DNA from: Candidatus Daviesbacteria bacterium
Lineage (GTDB): Bacteria > Patescibacteriota > Microgenomatia > Daviesbacterales > UBA10151
NCBI GenBank assembly: GCA_016184225.1
Contig: JACPDA010000004.1
Coordinates: forward strand, 6,800 to 70,799
Direction: 5' to 3'
DNA: 64,000 nt
Shown: positions 18,481 through 27,903 of the stretch, piece after piece
Numbering within the stretch: the first letter of the stretch is position 1
Layout: every line of letters starts with the position of its first letter
The notes under the pieces: generated by a model
What the model was told of the DNA's origin: nothing
What the model saw: the letters and a program-made list of their open reading frames with translations, nothing else
Databases searched by the model: none
Program-made: the position numbers and the translations under genes

Positions 18481-19341
18481 ATGAAACAAAAAGGTTTACC
18501 CGTCCGCCAGACGGGCTTAGTTCCAGTTGTAATTGTTATTTTGATAACTCTGACTTTAGGCGTATACTTATTATATAGCAAACAAACTAAACTTTCCAAC
18601 GCACTCTTACCTACTCCAACTTCCAGTTTTGAATCATCTACTGCTGCCGAAACTGATGATAAGAAAGAATTTTCAAAACGACAAATTAATCTAAATGCAA
18701 AGTTTTTCGCCGATATTGATTATCCGAGCACAATAACAAGTATTCCTGAAACAGATCTGGTTGGTTTAAGCTGTACAAGTTACTATGTATTCACCAGATA
18801 TTCGGGTTCAAAGAAATACTATGAAGTGTTACATTATGATAAAATTGGAAAAGAAAATTTTTCTATTGATCAAAATAAAAACCACTCTACAATATACTCT
18901 TCGCTTCTTCAAGTATTGAATAGGGAATCTTTAACTCAGATTACAATATGTGATACTGAAGATAATAGAACATTTGTAGAATACGGCATTCCATCCAAAA
19001 ATACCTCCTCAAATGTATTCCCTATCAAAACAGCCTATGCCGGCGGCGGCGGAAGTGATGTCTACTTCGGGGAATTTAACTTTGCTAACAAGTCATTCAA
19101 ACAGATTGTCTATATTCCTTATGAAAAATCCGCCTATTGGGGATGCACACAACCTTTACAGATGACAAAATCAAATATTTTCTACTTACTGTGTGCCGGG
19201 GGCGAAGGAGGAGGATTTATAGGTAATTATCGTGCCTCTATTTACGCTATCAATGTTTCCAGCAACACCTACAAGCGGATCATATTATGTACATACGTTG
19301 AAGGCTCAAAACCAGACGAAGCTATACCTTCTTGCCAATAG
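18481..19341 (+). CDS. hypothetical membrane-anchored/secreted protein with Gly-rich segments
   Basis: N-terminal TM helix; GGGGSDVYFGE and GGEGGGF segments. I recognise no domain. Confidence 0.45.
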   Translation: MKQKGLPVRQTGLVPVVIVILITLTLGVYLLYSKQTKLSNALLPTPTSSFESSTAAETDDKKEFSKRQINLNAKFFADIDYPSTITSIPETDLVGLSCTSYYVFTRYSGSKKYYEVLHYDKIGKENFSIDQNKNHSTIYSSLLQVLNRESLTQITICDTEDNRTFVEYGIPSKNTSSNVFPIKTAYAGGGGSDVYFGEFNFANKSFKQIVYIPYEKSAYWGCTQPLQMTKSNIFYLLCAGGEGGGFIGNYRASIYAINVSSNTYKRIILCTYVEGSKPDEAIPSCQ

Positions 19342-19364
19342 CATTTATGTAGAATATTAACTAG

Positions 19365-22300
19365 TTATTGGGAAACATATTCATCCCAACTCTTGATTTT
19401 TAAATCCTCCATTTTCTTATTAGTTAATGCTGAAATTAAAAGTTCTGCTGCCTGTAAATTAGTTATCAGGGGTATTCCTAAATCAACACAAGTCCTCCTG
19501 ATAATAAACCCATCGGTTTCACCTTTTTTCGAACGGGGTTTGGAAATGTTTATCACTAAATCAATACCGTCTTGTTTTAACAGGTCCAAAACTGACGGGT
19601 GCTTTCTTTCCGAAATTTTAGAGACTCTGGTACTTTGAATATCATTCTTACTTAAAAACTCATGGGTCTGCGGTGTCGCATATATCTTAAAACCTAAGTA
19701 GAATAAATCCCTTGCAGACGAGAGCAAATCCAGTTTATTTTCTTCTCCGCCAATAGTTAATAAAACTGATTTTTGGGGCATCTTAAAACCGGTGGCCAGT
19801 ATGGCTTTAAGATAAGCTTCCTGCAGGTCATCACCAAAACAGGCCACCTCCCCAGTTGAAGACATCTCCACCCGAAGCCTTGGATCAGCTCCCTTAATCC
19901 GGCTAAAGGAAAACTGAGGAGCTTTTACCCCGACATAATCTAAGTCTAAGGTATTAAAGTCTCCCGATATCTTCTCCCCCAGCATCACCTGAGTTGACAT
20001 TTCCACAAAGTTATAGCCGGTTACTTTAGAAACAAACGGGAAAGAGCGGGAAGCGCGCAGGTTTAATTCAATCACCAAAACCTGATTATCTTTGGCTAAA
20101 AACTGGATATTAAAAGGACCGTTTATATTCAATGCCTGGAGAATCTTTCTGGTAGCATCCTTAACTTTTCTCACAGTTTCCAAATACAACCGCTGCGGCG
20201 GCAAAACTATGGTGGCATCCCCGGAGTGCACCCCGGCATTTTCCACATGCTCGGAGATGGCGTAAATTAGAAGCTGGCCATCCTGTCCCACCCCATCCAC
20301 CTCAATCTCTTTGGCTCCTTCCACAAATTTAGAGACAACCACCGGATGCTCTGCCGATATATCGGCTGCGCTTTTTAGCGCTCTTTTCAAATCAGTGCCG
20401 GAATATGCCACGTTCATGGCAGAACCTGATAAAACATACGAGGGCCTGATCAAAACTGGATAGCCTATTTTTCTGGCAAACTTAAGTGCCTCATCAGCAG
20501 TTTTCAAGCTCTGCCAATCCGGCTGCAGAATTCCCAGTTGATCCAGCAGTTTAGAAAACTTATCCCTATCCTCTGCCCGGTCAATGCTTTCCGGGGAAGT
20601 CCCCAGTATTTTATAACCGGCCCGGAAACAGTCCATTGCCAAATTATTGGGAACTTGCCCGCCAAAACCTAAGACAAGTGCTGAGTGCTTAGTGTTTAGT
20701 GTTGAGTTTTTCCAACTTTGCACTTTGAACTTTGCACTTTGCACTTCTATTTCATAGATATCACTCACCCGCTCAAAGGTCAGTTGCTCAAAGTACAACT
20801 TATCTGCCGAGTCGAAGTCAGTAGAAACAGTTTCCGGATTACAATTTATGATAATTGTTTCCAAGCCCCTACTTCTAAGTGTTTGCGCAGCTGTCACCGA
20901 GCACCAGTCAAACTCCACTGAGGAACCAATCCGATAAGGCCCGGAACCCAAGACGATTGCCTTTTGCTTCTTTTTGTCATCCTGGCTTGTCCAGGATCCT
21001 TGCTTTTTTGATTCTGGACGCACTTCGTTTGCCAGAATGACATTCTCTTTCTCCGTTTCATCTCCATGATATGTCAAATATAAATAATTCGTCTTGGCCG
21101 GATATTCTGCTGCCAGGGTATCAATATGTTTGACCTTCGGCACTATGCCATTCTTTTTCCTAAACTCCCTTACTTCTTCCTCCGTTTTTTTAAGCCCTTT
21201 AGCCAATATCTTATCTGAAAACCCCAACTTCTTAGCTTCTCTAACAATTTCTGACTGCAACCTGTTGCCTGTAACCTGTAACCTACCTTCAAACTTCACT
21301 ATTTCCTGAATCTGATACAAAAACCAAGGATCAATGCCGGTTGCCTTATAGACAGCCTCTACAGATTCGCCCTTGCCGAATCTTTTGGCAATCACAAATA
21401 GCCGCTCTGTTGTAGGTAAAAGTTTCGTGTCGTCAATACTGTTTTGCAGTAACCCATCTTGACCTGTTTCCAGCATCCTGATGGCTTTTTGCAGCACTTC
21501 CGGAAAACTTCGTCCGACAGCCATCACCTCTCCCACGCTTTTCATCTCCGAACCAATCGCCTCTTTTGCCCCCACAAATTTTTGCAAATCCCAGCGCGGG
21601 ATCTTAACCACTATATAGTCTAACGCCGGCTCAAAAAATGCCGAAGTTGACAGAGTCACGCTATTTTTTAACTCCGGCAGGTTATAACCTAAGGCAAGTT
21701 TGGCGGCAATGTAGGCCAAGGGGTACCCGGTAGCTTTTGAGGCCAAAGCAGAAGACCGGGACAACCTGGCATTTACTTCAATCACCCGGTAGTCATTATT
21801 TTTAGGATTTAAGGCAAACTGGATATTACATTCACCGACAATCCCTAAATGTTCAATCACCGCAAGAGAGATTCTGCGTAAAAAATGATACTGGTAATTA
21901 TTAAGAGTTTGGGAAGGAGCCACTACAATACTCTCTCCGGTATGGATGCCTAAAGGATCCATATTTTCCATATTACAAACAGTAATTTTGTTGCCTAAAT
22001 TGTCCCGGACTACTTCATACTCAACCTCTTTCCAGTGCTTTAAATACTCTTCTACAGCTATCTGGGGGGCCTGCTTCAAAGCTAAAGTCACCATCTGGAT
22101 AAGCTCTTTTTCATTTTCTATAACTCCGGACCCCAATCCTCCCAAGGAAAAACCGCTTCTTATGAGTAAAGGGTATCCTAACGTTTCTGCAATTTTTAGG
22201 GCCTGATCTAGTGAGCGGGCAAACCCGCCTTTGGGAACCTTAACACCTATCTTGGCCAGCTCCTTAGCAAACAGTTCCCTGTCTTCTGTAATCCGAATAC

Positions 22301-22646
22301 TTTTAACCGGAGACCCTAACACTCTTACTTTCTCACGCTTAAATACCCCTTGATCCTCAAGTGCCAGGCCACAATTTAGGGCTGTTTGTCCTCCAAAGCT
22401 TAAAAAAATTCCATCCGGCTTTTCCTTCTCAATTACTTTTTGGACAAAATATGGAGTCACCGGTAAAAAATAAATCTTTTTGGCCAAACCTTCCGAGGTT
22501 TGAATGGTGGCGATATTAGGATTTATTAAAACCGCCTCAATACCTTCTTCTTTCAAAGCTTTCAACGCTTGTGAGCCGGAATAATCAAACTCTCCAGCTT
22601 CACCGATTTTTAATGCTCCTGAACCCAAAACTAGGACCTTTTTCAT
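19365..22646 (-). CDS. carB: carbamoyl-phosphate synthase large subunit, carrying three in-frame repeat insertions
   Basis: Duplicated ATP-grasp halves and an MGS-like C-terminus. The insertions ESKKQGSWTSQDDKKKQKA (MITE-like), QSAKFKVQSWKNS (heptamer repeats) and LQVTGNRLQ (GTTACAG repeats) sit in linker regions. Confidence 0.93.
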   Translation of the reverse strand: MKKVLVLGSGALKIGEAGEFDYSGSQALKALKEEGIEAVLINPNIATIQTSEGLAKKIYFLPVTPYFVQKVIEKEKPDGIFLSFGGQTALNCGLALEDQGVFKREKVRVLGSPVKSIRITEDRELFAKELAKIGVKVPKGGFARSLDQALKIAETLGYPLLIRSGFSLGGLGSGVIENEKELIQMVTLALKQAPQIAVEEYLKHWKEVEYEVVRDNLGNKITVCNMENMDPLGIHTGESIVVAPSQTLNNYQYHFLRRISLAVIEHLGIVGECNIQFALNPKNNDYRVIEVNARLSRSSALASKATGYPLAYIAAKLALGYNLPELKNSVTLSTSAFFEPALDYIVVKIPRWDLQKFVGAKEAIGSEMKSVGEVMAVGRSFPEVLQKAIRMLETGQDGLLQNSIDDTKLLPTTERLFVIAKRFGKGESVEAVYKATGIDPWFLYQIQEIVKFEGRLQVTGNRLQSEIVREAKKLGFSDKILAKGLKKTEEEVREFRKKNGIVPKVKHIDTLAAEYPAKTNYLYLTYHGDETEKENVILANEVRPESKKQGSWTSQDDKKKQKAIVLGSGPYRIGSSVEFDWCSVTAAQTLRSRGLETIIINCNPETVSTDFDSADKLYFEQLTFERVSDIYEIEVQSAKFKVQSWKNSTLNTKHSALVLGFGGQVPNNLAMDCFRAGYKILGTSPESIDRAEDRDKFSKLLDQLGILQPDWQSLKTADEALKFARKIGYPVLIRPSYVLSGSAMNVAYSGTDLKRALKSAADISAEHPVVVSKFVEGAKEIEVDGVGQDGQLLIYAISEHVENAGVHSGDATIVLPPQRLYLETVRKVKDATRKILQALNINGPFNIQFLAKDNQVLVIELNLRASRSFPFVSKVTGYNFVEMSTQVMLGEKISGDFNTLDLDYVGVKAPQFSFSRIKGADPRLRVEMSSTGEVACFGDDLQEAYLKAILATGFKMPQKSVLLTIGGEENKLDLLSSARDLFYLGFKIYATPQTHEFLSKNDIQSTRVSKISERKHPSVLDLLKQDGIDLVINISKPRSKKGETDGFIIRRTCVDLGIPLITNLQAAELLISALTNKKMEDLKIKSWDEYVSQ
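20975..21042. repeat. MITE-like element (GTCATCCTGG...CCAGAATGACA), in frame in the carB inter-domain linker
   Basis: Same TIR family as 15278, 24801, 33999 and 40945. Confidence 0.75.
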
Positions 22647-22726
22647 GTTTTTTGATTCCTATCAAAAAAGACAAGGTTCTGCGAGCGCGTTGTAAAATAT
22701 TTCATACAACAGTGCGAAGCAGGTCC

Positions 22727-23845
22727 TTATATTAAATCCAAAAATTCATCAAATAAATAACCGCCCTCTGTCGGACCCGGGTTGGCTTCCGGGTGAAATT
22801 GTACTGCTATAAAAGACTTTTTATTGTGCCTAATCCCCTCATTTGTGCCGTCATTTAAATTAACAAACCACTCTAGCCACTCTTTTCCTAAAGATTTCAT
22901 ATCCACCGCGAAACCATGATTTTGACTGGTTATGATAGCTTTCTTGTTATTTTGATCTAGTACAGGCTGATTTTGGCTTCTATGACCGAACTTTAGTTTG
23001 TAAGTTTCTCCTCCAGCTGCCAAAGATAAAATCTGGCTGCCTAAACAAATACCAAAAGTGGGGACACCTGCATCAAGCAACTGCTTAACAGTTTCTATAG
23101 TGGCTTTAGCCTGTTTTGGATCTCCCGGGCCGTTGGAAATTAGAACTCCGTCAAATCCGCCAGCTGGCGGACTAGCTATCGGATTAAAATCCCAGGGCAC
23201 CCTGGTTACCCTGACTCCTCTTTTAACTAAACTCCTGATAATATTTTCCTTGGCTCCGCAATCAATTAAGACTATATTTTTCTTGTTCATCCTGAGCGAA
23301 GTCGAAGGACCATACACCTCCACCTTTTTACAACTAACATAAGGCAAGATATTCTCTTTATTCGGATCATAAATAGAGTCGCTAGTCGCTAGAGTCGAGA
23401 GTCTAGACTGTTGATTCCTAGACTCTAGATTCTTGACTCTAGACTCTACTTCTATTCGACCAAGCATCACTCCATGCTTCCGAAGCTTAGTAGTCAACTC
23501 CCTGGTATCAATCCCCTGCAAAGCAGGTATCCCTTCATCTTTCAGCCACTCCCCCAAAGTTTTCTGGCTTTCAAAATGTGACGGGTGGTCAATATAGTTT
23601 TGCACAATTAACCCCTTAACCTGAATTTTTTTTGATTCCCAAAACTTTTTTCCCGGCACCCCGTAATTTCCCTGCAAGGGATAAGTCAAAACTAGGATTT
23701 GGCCAAAATAAGATGGGTCTGTCAAGGATTCCGGGTATCCCACCATACCGGTATTAAAAACCACCTCGCCTGAGGTAGCTACCTCTTTCCCAAAGCTTTC
23801 TCCTAAAAAAACTGTCCCATCGGACAGAATCAGTCTCCCTTGCAT
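22727..23845 (-). CDS. carA: carbamoyl-phosphate synthase small subunit (glutamine amidotransferase)
   Basis: Class I GATase triad region (GICLGSQ...HPE). It contains an in-frame PPAGG palindrome and the SRLSTLATS repeat module. Confidence 0.9.
   Translation of the reverse strand: MQGRLILSDGTVFLGESFGKEVATSGEVVFNTGMVGYPESLTDPSYFGQILVLTYPLQGNYGVPGKKFWESKKIQVKGLIVQNYIDHPSHFESQKTLGEWLKDEGIPALQGIDTRELTTKLRKHGVMLGRIEVESRVKNLESRNQQSRLSTLATSDSIYDPNKENILPYVSCKKVEVYGPSTSLRMNKKNIVLIDCGAKENIIRSLVKRGVRVTRVPWDFNPIASPPAGGFDGVLISNGPGDPKQAKATIETVKQLLDAGVPTFGICLGSQILSLAAGGETYKLKFGHRSQNQPVLDQNNKKAIITSQNHGFAVDMKSLGKEWLEWFVNLNDGTNEGIRHNKKSFIAVQFHPEANPGPTEGGYLFDEFLDLI
23381..23460. repeat. 80-bp repeat module (gtcgctagtcgctagagtcgagagtctagac...) shared with the fpg gene at 29805-29885
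   Basis: Near-identical blocks encode ...SRLSTLATS... in frame in both CarA and Fpg. Confidence 0.8.
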
Positions 23846-23860
23846 AAATTTACTCTCCTT

Positions 23861-24799
23861 TTATCGAGAATTAATTCTTCCTAAGACTAAAGCCAACAAC
23901 GCTTCTCTAATATATAAACCATTCCTGGCTTGAGCAAAATAAATGGCATTTTTATGACTATCTAGCGCCGGATCAATCTCATTTACTCTAGGCAAAGGAT
24001 GCATCAATTTTATTCCCCGATCCAGGTACTTCTTAAAAGAAGAGTCTAAAATAAATTTATCTTTAATCCTTTCGTATTCCTTTAAATCTTTAAATCTCTC
24101 TTTCTGCACTCTGGTTTGGTAAAGAAAGTTTGCCTCTAAGTTTTCCGGCAAACGTTCATATTCTTCATAAGTCACTTTCCTGCTTTTTAAAATCTTTAAA
24201 AATTCATCAGGCATCGCAAGATTAGGGTGTGAAATAAAAATCTGTTTAACTCTAAAAAGGCTTAAAGCAAGAGAAAGCGCATGAACGGTTCTGCCATATT
24301 TTAAATCCCCCATCAAGGCTACTGTAATCCCATCTAACTTCCCGGCCTCCTTCATCATCGTATAAAGATCAAGCATTGTTTGAGTTGGATGCTGATTAGG
24401 CCCGTCTCCTGCGTTTATAACCGGAATTTGGGCAACTTCTGCTGCCTTTTTTGCTGATAAAGCCTCCGGGTGCCTCATAATTAAAACATCAGCATATGAG
24501 TCCATAATTCTGATAGTATCTGAAAAAGTTTCACCTTTGTGAATGGAGGTGGCCTCCGGATCATTAAAACCAATTATCCCCATGCCTATTTTTTGGGCTG
24601 CAGAACGGAAGGATTGTTCTGTCCGAGTAGAAGGTTCAAAAAAAAGCAAAGCAACAATTTTACCTTGGGCAATAGTGTAATTTGACCTGTCGCTTTTAAC
24701 AAAAGCCGGATCAAATCTTTTAGCAGTTTTTAAGATATATAGCAGCTCTTCTTTGGAAAAATCATTTATGTCTATAATATCTCTGCCTTTAAATTTCAT
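23861..24799 (-). CDS. pyrB: aspartate carbamoyltransferase catalytic subunit
   Basis: STRTR and HPTQ motifs. Confidence 0.9.
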   Translation of the reverse strand: MKFKGRDIIDINDFSKEELLYILKTAKRFDPAFVKSDRSNYTIAQGKIVALLFFEPSTRTEQSFRSAAQKIGMGIIGFNDPEATSIHKGETFSDTIRIMDSYADVLIMRHPEALSAKKAAEVAQIPVINAGDGPNQHPTQTMLDLYTMMKEAGKLDGITVALMGDLKYGRTVHALSLALSLFRVKQIFISHPNLAMPDEFLKILKSRKVTYEEYERLPENLEANFLYQTRVQKERFKDLKEYERIKDKFILDSSFKKYLDRGIKLMHPLPRVNEIDPALDSHKNAIYFAQARNGLYIREALLALVLGRINSR

Positions 24800-24800
24800 A

Positions 24801-24824
24801 TGTCATTCTGGCTTGTCCAGAATC
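24801..24824. repeat. MITE-like half element (TGTCATTCTGGCTTGTCCAGAATC) immediately upstream of pyrB
   Basis: Same terminal motif as the other family members; here it is a short palindromic core only. Confidence 0.7.
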
Positions 24825-24828
24825 TCTC

Positions 24829-24854
24829 CAAAAAAAATCCGCCCATTGGCGGAT
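24829..24854 (-). terminator. likely rho-independent terminator (hairpin tccgcccattggcgga followed by a U-tract on the minus strand)
   Basis: A GC-rich hairpin plus eight T residues in minus-strand sense, downstream of ORF 24956..25216. Confidence 0.55.
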
Positions 24855-24955
24855 CAATAAACTATTAAATCTAATTCAAAAATACATTTCTTATGCATAG
24901 CCTTGAGATAGTTTAATGCTAGATGTTTTTCCTGTCAACCCCTGAAAATCGAAAC

Positions 24956-25216
24956 CTACTTTGCAAGTCTTGTCCTCTTGAATTCTAAATATTCAACAAT
25001 CCGCGGATCATCTATCGGTATTGGACTATTTTTTTGACCAAGTGCCACACATAGACCTCCAAGATATGTTCCAATTCCTTCTGGCGGTATTCCCAGCTGC
25101 GCAACCAAACTTTCTACTAAAGGATATCCCTGGCCTGCGTCTCTCTCAGTCTGACCCATTTCTATTTTTTCTACCATAATATTTTCTCCATTTAAAAAAC
25201 CCTTGTAAATCTCCAA
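24956..25216 (-). CDS. hypothetical small protein between pyrC and pyrB
   Basis: The ORF sits in an operon-like position; I recognise no motif. Confidence 0.35.
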   Translation of the reverse strand: MEIYKGFLNGENIMVEKIEMGQTERDAGQGYPLVESLVAQLGIPPEGIGTYLGGLCVALGQKNSPIPIDDPRIVEYLEFKRTRLAK

Positions 25217-25486
25217 TCATTAGATCAGAAACTTACAAGGGCCTTTTATGGCGGTGCCACCTTGCTTAAATTTTTTTACAAAAATTTATCTCTTTCAGCG
25301 CTCCGTTCCGCCAGCTGGCGGACGACACGCTTATTGTATTTGCACAGTTCAATTTCTGTCATACTCTATCCTTCGACTTCGCTCAGGACTGATGTATGCT
25401 GCTTGTCCGCTGCGGCGGACTTATCGTTGCTTACGCAAACAAACGCATTATGAATACAGTATACCATAAAAACTTAAGTTGTCAAA

Positions 25487-26545
25487 TCACCCTTTCAGAA
25501 TTTGTCCATATGGACCAAAAATGTTTTGGCCATCATAAACCATCTTCCCTCTTAAAACCACTTTTTTAACTCTCCCTGTTACCTTCATTCCAACAAAGGG
25601 GGTCCAACCACATTTGGTAAACAAGTTGTTAGGGTTTAGGGTGTAGGGTATAGTTTCTACTTCTACAAAAGTTTCTGGTTGTTGGAGAATACCAAAAATT
25701 CTTTTGGGATTGGTGCTTGTCAACTCGATCAATCTCTCCAGAGTCAATCGCCCATCATTTACAGCTGTCAGTAGCAGTGGTAGCGTAGTTTCCAACCCCG
25801 GCACACCGTATGGCGGCTTTTCCCCTTCTTTTTCTGCTCTGGTGTGCGGAGCATGATCAGAGGCAATCATATCAATGGTCCCCTCAACCACGGCTTGCCA
25901 TAGGGCATCTTGATCTTCTTTGCTGGAAAGAGGTGGCTTCATCAGTCCATATGCACCCAACCTTTTTGCGTCTTCATTAGTTAAAAACAGATGGTGACAG
26001 GTTACCTCACTGCTTATTTGCAGGCCATTCCTTTTGGCAGCTTTAATTAGTTCAATCTCTTTTCGCAAAGAAACATGACAGACATGCAACTGATTACCAA
26101 ATTTTTTGGCCAAGAAAATGGCTTTTTGCAACGTATCACCTTCTGCATGAACTAAAACAGGCAGGTTTTTTGGCCAGGTGGAAAAAACAGCCTCCAAAGT
26201 TTGATCATCCTCCATCAATAAATCCCCGGTGGTCTGATTCATATAAACTTTCAACCCAAACACCTTACCGGAAATTTCATTGAAATACTGAATGCTTTTA
26301 CTGCTGGCCCCAAAATGAAACCCCACATCAGCATAAATTCTTCCCCTGGCCAGATCTATTTTTTCCTGCAAAGCCTGCGGTGAAATAGTGGGAATAGGAT
26401 TATTCGGCATATCCAAAACTAAAGTATACCCACCGGCAATGGCAGCTTTGGTGCCTGTTTCAAAGTCCTCTTTTTGGGTGGCACCCGGTTCCCGAAGGTG
26501 CACATGAGGATCAATTAACCCGGGGAGTTTAATCTTATTTTGCAT
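25487..26545 (-). CDS. pyrC: dihydroorotase-like cyclic amidohydrolase
   Basis: GLIDPHVHLREPG metal-binding motif and the pyrimidine gene neighbourhood. Confidence 0.8.
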   Translation of the reverse strand: MQNKIKLPGLIDPHVHLREPGATQKEDFETGTKAAIAGGYTLVLDMPNNPIPTISPQALQEKIDLARGRIYADVGFHFGASSKSIQYFNEISGKVFGLKVYMNQTTGDLLMEDDQTLEAVFSTWPKNLPVLVHAEGDTLQKAIFLAKKFGNQLHVCHVSLRKEIELIKAAKRNGLQISSEVTCHHLFLTNEDAKRLGAYGLMKPPLSSKEDQDALWQAVVEGTIDMIASDHAPHTRAEKEGEKPPYGVPGLETTLPLLLTAVNDGRLTLERLIELTSTNPKRIFGILQQPETFVEVETIPYTLNPNNLFTKCGWTPFVGMKVTGRVKKVVLRGKMVYDGQNIFGPYGQILKG

Positions 26546-26594
26546 TTACCATTACATTCTAACAAACAAGTGTTATTTTTGTTAGAATTATTAT

Positions 26595-26852
26595 ATGGCG
26601 AAAAAGGATCAGGTATTCCACAAAGAGCTAATTAGGCAACTTCTTACCCTATCAACATCAGCTTTTGGTCTGGCTGCAGCATTGGCTTGGAATGAAACCA
26701 TCCAGCAAACAGTCAAGGAATTTATTGAACCCTCCCTACCGGGTTCAGGAGTCTTATCAAGATTTATCTACGCTATCTTGGTCACGCTTTTTGCTGTGCT
26801 GATAACCTTCCAACTTTCCCGCCTGGCCCAAAAATGGAGGCTTAAAAGTTAA
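26595..26852 (+). CDS. small two-TM membrane protein, hypothetical
   Basis: Two hydrophobic segments; no known motif. Confidence 0.4.
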   Translation: MAKKDQVFHKELIRQLLTLSTSAFGLAAALAWNETIQQTVKEFIEPSLPGSGVLSRFIYAILVTLFAVLITFQLSRLAQKWRLKS

Positions 26853-27903
26853 TCTGCCCGTCCTCAACCCTTAAGATCCTAGCAGAATCTAAAAATTCCT
26901 GGGGGATATTCTCCAGCTCTACTGTAGCAATAATGGTTTGTTGCTTACCGACCACCTCTACCACATGAGCCCGGTGAGGAACATCCAGCTCGGAAAAAAC
27001 ATCATCCAGCAAAAGCAACGGCCGCTTCCCCAAAATTTTAGCCATATACTCAAGTTGAGCCAGCTTAAAAGCCAAAGTGGCTGTCCGCTGCTCCCCACGG
27101 GAACCGAAATGAGCTATATTCCGCCCTTCCAATAAAATCCCAAAATCATCCCTGTGCGGACCGATTAACGTGGCAGCTGCTGCCACCTCCCTACCGTTTG
27201 TTTCAGCCAACTTCTCAGCATTGATCTCACTGGGCTCATACTCAAATCTAAATTCCCCTAACGGTCCGCCAGCTGGCGGATTATTAATAAATTCAAAAAA
27301 TCTTTTTCTCTTATCAGTTATCAACCCTCCCCGACTTACCAAACCCTCTGTCCAATAATCTAGCTCATCTTTCTTACCATACCCCTCCCTGATCCGCTTT
27401 AACACTCTATTCCTGGCTGTTAAGAATTGTTCATAAGCAGTTAAGGCTTTTTTGTATTCCTGGTCAATCTGGGCTAAACCTAAATCCAGATGCCACCTAC
27501 GCAGGCTGGGTGAACCGGTTACCATATTAATATCAGACGGATAAAAAATAATTGCCGGCAAATTACCAATAAAATCCACTACCCTCCTAGAAATTCCATT
27601 AACCAAAACTTTCTTTCTAAAAAGCACTTCTTTACTGGGTCTGTTTAAAATTATAAGCAACTCTGTTTCTCCCCTGTCCTCCAAAAAGCCTTCTACTTTA
27701 GCAAATTCTTCCCCTTCTTTTATCAGCTCATCTTCTGTCTCCACCCGCAGCGACTTACTGGTAGAAAGAAGGTAAATCGCCTCCAAAAGATTAGATTTGC
27801 CGGCCGCATTATTACCAACCAGAACGGTCGGCCGCTGATCGAAGCTTAACTCGAGAGATGAATAATTCCTGAAATTAGTTAAATTTAACTTTCTTAAAAA
27901 CAT
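26842..27903 (-). CDS. recF: DNA replication and repair protein RecF
   Basis: Walker A GNNAAGKSNLLEAI and SMC-like signature LLLDDVFSELD. It contains an in-frame PPAGG palindrome. Confidence 0.88.
   Translation of the reverse strand: MFLRKLNLTNFRNYSSLELSFDQRPTVLVGNNAAGKSNLLEAIYLLSTSKSLRVETEDELIKEGEEFAKVEGFLEDRGETELLIILNRPSKEVLFRKKVLVNGISRRVVDFIGNLPAIIFYPSDINMVTGSPSLRRWHLDLGLAQIDQEYKKALTAYEQFLTARNRVLKRIREGYGKKDELDYWTEGLVSRGGLITDKRKRFFEFINNPPAGGPLGEFRFEYEPSEINAEKLAETNGREVAAAATLIGPHRDDFGILLEGRNIAHFGSRGEQRTATLAFKLAQLEYMAKILGKRPLLLLDDVFSELDVPHRAHVVEVVGKQQTIIATVELENIPQEFLDSARILRVEDGQINF

Noticed and set aside
25217-25486. 270-bp spacer between ORF 24956..25216 and pyrC as a gene
   Set aside because: It holds only 63 to 73-aa ORFs made of repeat sequence (a PPAGG palindrome and a CTTCGACTTCGCTCAGG hairpin repeat). 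It is better explained as a repeat-filled intergenic region.
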